Shown: positions 60,592 through 64,000 of the stretch, one piece after another
Layout: each line of letters starts with the position of its first letter
Numbering within the stretch: position 1 is the first letter of the stretch
Source of the DNA: Tubiluchus corallicola
Taxonomy: Eukaryota; Animalia; Priapulida
Assembly (NCBI GenBank): GCA_030141605.1
Contig: JAQGDQ010000246.1
Location: 186,001 to 250,000 of the forward strand
Direction of reading: 5' to 3'
DNA: 64,000 nucleotides
Notes under the pieces: model-generated
Seen by the model: the letters and a program-made list of their open reading frames with translations, nothing else
Told to the model about the DNA's origin: nothing
Database searches by the model: none
Position numbers and translations under genes: made by a program

Positions 60592-63500
60592 CATCATCAT
60601 CATCATCATCATCGCCCTCGTAGTCGTCGTCATCATCATCATCATTATTATATACAGTGAACAAGCATATATTTCGATTTATATCGATCTCATATATTTG
60701 ATAGGCAATGAAGATTATCGCATGGGAGAAGAGTCTTTAGGGGTAGACATGGCAGGATCAACTTTGCATTTTGGACCCTTCTGGCCAGAAAACGGTTATG
60801 AACTGGCGCATGCTTCATAGTAGGATGCTACGATTAACATATTAAACCTATTAGAGCATTAATTTTGGCGAATTAAATTCCACGCAATTCTGCAATATTT
60901 TAGTTATTTTACTGCGTTGTACTGCATATTGTATCAGATTATGTTGTATCATATTGTATTGTACTGTAATGTGTTGTGCTATGCTGTTTTTGTGTGTTGC
61001 ATATTGTGTTTGTATTGTGTGTTGTATTGAACTGTACGGTACGGTATAGCATTGTATTGGGTATACCAGGTCTTATTATAAGTATTGCAGGATTTTAGGT
61101 TCCTAAAAGTCTCCATTTTTTGCTACAGTAAAGCGGGATTTGGAACTTTTGGAAACTCAATGCATGTTTACAGGCTGGAATGGGACTCAAGTGAATTTAA
61201 GTGAGTATAAAATAACATGTAAAATCAAAATGATGATAATTTTGATCGGCCATCGTTGTAATTATCGTGGAGTCGACCTTTGTTTAAATTTCATCACAAA
61301 TTAGAAATGCTTTCGCTGCGTTAATTAATTATCTAACTTTGACTTAATCTATTGAATATTTGAAAATGGGCCAAATGAGTATAATAGTGACGATTTCTAG
61401 GTTTCACTTTTAATATCACTATTGTGTAAGTGCGTAAGGTTTCTTTTTCAAATGCTGATTTGCTGTCATGTTGTAATTATTTAGCTGGTATGTAGACGGA
61501 GAACATAAATTGCGCATAGACCCTGGTTCAGGCGGATTCTGGGACTTCGGAGGATGGCAAAACAAATTTGGCAATGATCCATACCTTACTAATCCGTGGG
61601 CTGCAGGAAGCAAAATGGCACCCTTTGATCAGGAGGTATCGAGGGTTTTTATATTATGAATGCTACAGTAAAACCTTTTATACAATCTAGACTGACGTAA
61701 GCTTACAAAAAATAAAATACATTAAAGGCACTGTGAGCTCTTTGCTTAGGCTTCTGGGTTAAAGGCTTTTCATCTTGTTTTTATGCAGTTTGGGGCACCC
61801 CAAATCGGTATTCAACACCATCTATTTCATTATCAAAATAATCCTCTAAGATAAGACGTGGAAACCGGCAGTTATGTTTTAGCCATACACTCTCACCCTC
61901 GTTCAACAAGAATTAAGTGTTATGAAGTTGTATGACAGGCAAAACCACACAAAGCTATTTTCAGACCAGTCACTCATCATTACCAACTAGGTCAAGCACT
62001 ACTTAATTAGGTCAGTAAGCACATAGCAGGCAGTGCAACATCATATATGCGTAACAACCAAATGAATCTTAAACATAATGAGATTTATTAAGAATTTATC
62101 AACTTGCTAAACGGTTGATTAAACATGTAAAAATATAATTTTTAGACTTTCTTGGCCATATGAAATTATTCTCCCACATGCGTGTTTATAATTTCCAGTT
62201 TTACATCATTATGAATGTTGCTGTTGGAGGCACAAATGGCTTCTTCCCGGACGAAGAATCAGGTGCTGTTAATAATCCTTTCCCAAAACCATGGAATAAT
62301 TGGGATCAAGATGCACCAAAGAAATTCTGGGACAGAGTAAGTCAATATATGGTCCTTCAAACTTTACAGTGAGCTGGGCAAAAGTTTCAGTCTGTAATTT
62401 GACTTTTGTAGAAGTATTTTGTAACACCTCAATTGACTAGTTTTCATTCACATCTGTGTTTATGTTTATGAGGTTTATATTCAGTTATTTTATTCGGCTC
62501 CATTCCATCAATTTCTCAACATCTTCTCAAAGTAGGGCCAAAACTGCTTTCTGCATCATTAGTGAGGTAGAAACCAAACAGTGGGAGTTGGAATAGAGGC
62601 ACTAGTACCAGGCACCCCGCAAGGATATCTTAAAGATGACAGTTATGACAATGTGATTTCAAGTGTCAGCGAGGAAGTTTGAGATGACAAGGGACAAAAA
62701 GATACAATTTAGTAACTGATTGGTTTGAAGTGTCTGTCGAGACAATACTCTGTTGGTTATAGTACAAGCTTTTTCAAGAAGAACCTGTTTAGATTTTCAC
62801 TCGTCTTCCACCCGATTGGTTCATATAAGTTGCTGCTGGTTTGTATAGCAAGTTATTTCGTTGTTGGGTTTTAGGTCTCGCTCAAGATTTGTGATGGATA
62901 CATCATAGGACAAAAGTGTGAATATTGGTAAAATAAACATTTTTACTACAGGTGCTAAAATGTTAGGACTCGTAGGAGTATATATTACTGGTTGAACATT
63001 CATCTTAAAATAGAGTTTTAAATTTGAACAGAACGAACTTGGGAAGATCCACCAATATCTTTTTGGTAGGGGTGAGCATTCTCTATCAGAAAGTCGGCTA
63101 TAAAACTCAAAAAACAATTTTCGAATCATTAATAAAAATCAGTCTCGCAAATATCATGCATATTATATGATTTTGTTCTGCGGTAAAAACACCAATAACT
63201 TGTTTAACAATTGTGCACAGAAATCGCATCTTAAATGTACTGATTGCATGATGTTATAAACGTTTTAATTTTATAAAGAATGTATGTAGTTGAAGTAGTG
63301 AATTATTCGAATCCGTAATTTTAGATTCGAATTGAATTCGAATTAAAAATCTCGTTCGAATCGAGTAGTAAATACTGAATAGCTGATAAGAAGTCCAAAT
63401 ACCATTCGAAGCTATTAAATTGCCATTAAAGAAGCAGCTGAAACCCTATTCAAAAGGACTGGGCGGTGAAATAATGCTGATATTGTTTATTAACTATAGA

Positions 63501-63625
63501 AAGACTGGTGGCTACCTGGATGGACAGAAGATGGCAAATCTCATTACAACAGTCCAATAAGCGATGCTGCCGCTATGAAGGTTGATTATGTTAGAGTCTG
63601 GAAGATGCAAAGTCCCGAAGAATAA
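56175..63625 (+). CDS. Secreted GH16 beta-1,3-glucanase / LPS- and beta-1,3-glucan-binding protein (LGBP/CCF-like), complete 10-exon model, about 391 aa
   Basis: Exons 56175-56235, 56746-56858, 57494-57568, 58715-58961, 59464-59541, 60705-60819, 61129-61200, 61485-61635, 62199-62336, 63500-63625 (1176 nt, phases consistent). Signal peptide MLSISLMVFLAGVTLING; motifs WEHEITMAGGGNWEFQ, GDWLWPAIWLLP, WPASGEIDLVESRG, APFDQEFYIIMNVAVGGTNGFFPD, MKVDYVRVW. Confidence 0.94.
56521..56604. repeat. (GA)n microsatellite
   Basis: Near-pure GA run in GH16 intron 1. Confidence 0.97.
56746..56858 (+). CDS. GH16 exon 2
   Basis: ttgtag|AC...GGG|gtaaga; IMEPKYCTQFPCLIFEDNFEDFDTETWEHEITMAGGG. Confidence 0.93.
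57494..57568 (+). CDS. GH16 exon 3
   Basis: ttttag|AAC...CCG|gtaggt; NWEFQLYHNNRTNSFVKNGMLHLKP. Confidence 0.93.
57978..58160 (+). mobile_element. LINE reverse-transcriptase fragment
   Basis: KGCYTAYCLLSHIIYANDIILLNPSLPVLQELLHCCD is a degenerate YADD region of a non-LTR RT. Confidence 0.7.
58715..58961 (+). CDS. GH16 exon 4
   Basis: atag|AAT (an alternative in-frame AG gives start 58721)...G|gtgagt; CTSNAYYGCER...NPIQSARVRT...KYGALEVRAQMPVGDWLWP. Confidence 0.92.
59464..59541 (+). CDS. GH16 exon 5 (catalytic ExDxxE)
   Basis: ttttcag|CA...G|gtaaga; IWLLPKGWPYGEWPASGEIDLVESR. Confidence 0.95.
60531..60650. repeat. (TTA)n/(CAT)n microsatellite
   Basis: Directly visible trinucleotide runs. 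Confidence 0.96.
60705..60819 (+). CDS. GH16 exon 6
   Basis: gatag|GC...TA|gtagga; NEDYRMGEESLGVDMAGSTLHFGPFWPENGYELAHAS. Confidence 0.9.
61129..61200 (+). CDS. GH16 exon 7
   Basis: gctacag|T...AA|gtgagt; KAGFGTFGNSMHVYRLEWDSSEF. Confidence 0.9.
61485..61635 (+). CDS. GH16 exon 8
   Basis: atttag|C...GAG|gtatcg; WYVDGEHKLRIDPGSGGFWDFGG...NPWAAGSKMAPFDQE. Confidence 0.93.
62199..62336 (+). CDS. GH16 exon 9
   Basis: tttccag|TTT...AGA|gtaagt; FYIIMNVAVGGTNGFFPD...KPWNNWDQDAPKKFWDR. Confidence 0.94.
62610..62750 (+). mobile_element. Possible LINE RT fragment
   Basis: SYDNVISSV...TDWFEVSV resembles the LYxN...TDWFEVxxGVRQG region of non-LTR RTs; heavily decayed. Confidence 0.35.
63500..63625 (+). 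CDS. GH16 terminal exon
   Basis: ctatag|AAA; KDWWLPGWTEDGKSHYNSPISDAAAMKVDYVRVWKMQSPEE-stop. Confidence 0.92.
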   Translation, partial: KDWWLPGWTEDGKSHYNSPISDAAAMKVDYVRVWKMQSPEE

Positions 63626-64000
63626 ATTACGAAACGATTGTTATTGTTAAAATTATTATTATTTTCACAAAGATTGCTGTAATCAAAAATCTGACACTAT
63701 TTCAATTTTAATAATGGTTACTGACATCGGATCTAGCGTAACATGACATGTAATATGACTGAAGACTACATGGTTCCGTCTTAAACTTTTTTCTGAACAT
63801 CGACGAGTCTAAAACATAGACTTATTAAAAACTAGTCACGTACTCGCAAACGTACGTATTACGCGTATTATTTAAACAGCATCTTTATATGTCATTAAAA
63901 TTTTGGGAAATCTTTGCTATTTGTAGTACATGAATTCTATTAAAAAGCATTGTAAGATGTCTTTATTGTTCAATATGCTTATAATTATGTATTTGAATGA

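Noticed and set aside
60421-60660. Poly-Tyr/His ORF (also His-rich 56224-56463)
   Set aside because: Trinucleotide repeats inside GH16 introns.

Overview
AT-rich eukaryotic genomic DNA, most consistent with a lophotrochozoan-type invertebrate (inferred from protein and repeat character; not provable from the window). There are three protein-coding genes, all on the + strand. (1) The 3' part of a diacylglycerol lipase alpha (DAGLA/inaE-like) gene: 17 GT-AG exons chained by hand in consistent phase from 4165 to the stop at 49994, with the Ser-Asp-His triad intact; its 5' transmembrane exons lie upstream of the window. (2) An intact, intronless 528-aa SLC17 sialin-like anion transporter (13529-15115), nested on the SAME strand inside an 11.7-kb DAGLA intron. 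This is the most unusual feature. (3) A complete 10-exon secreted GH16 beta-1,3-glucanase/LGBP-type gene (56175-63625) with an intact EIDLVE catalytic motif. The introns and intergenic DNA hold a decayed LINE, small RT fragments, two related tRNA-headed SINEs (one with a 5S-like segment), inverted-repeat DNA-transposon relics, a near-perfect 185-bp palindrome, a possible antisense GPCR pseudogene and many microsatellites. Most ORFs in the supplied track are spurious. All homology calls rest on recognised motifs, not database searches.
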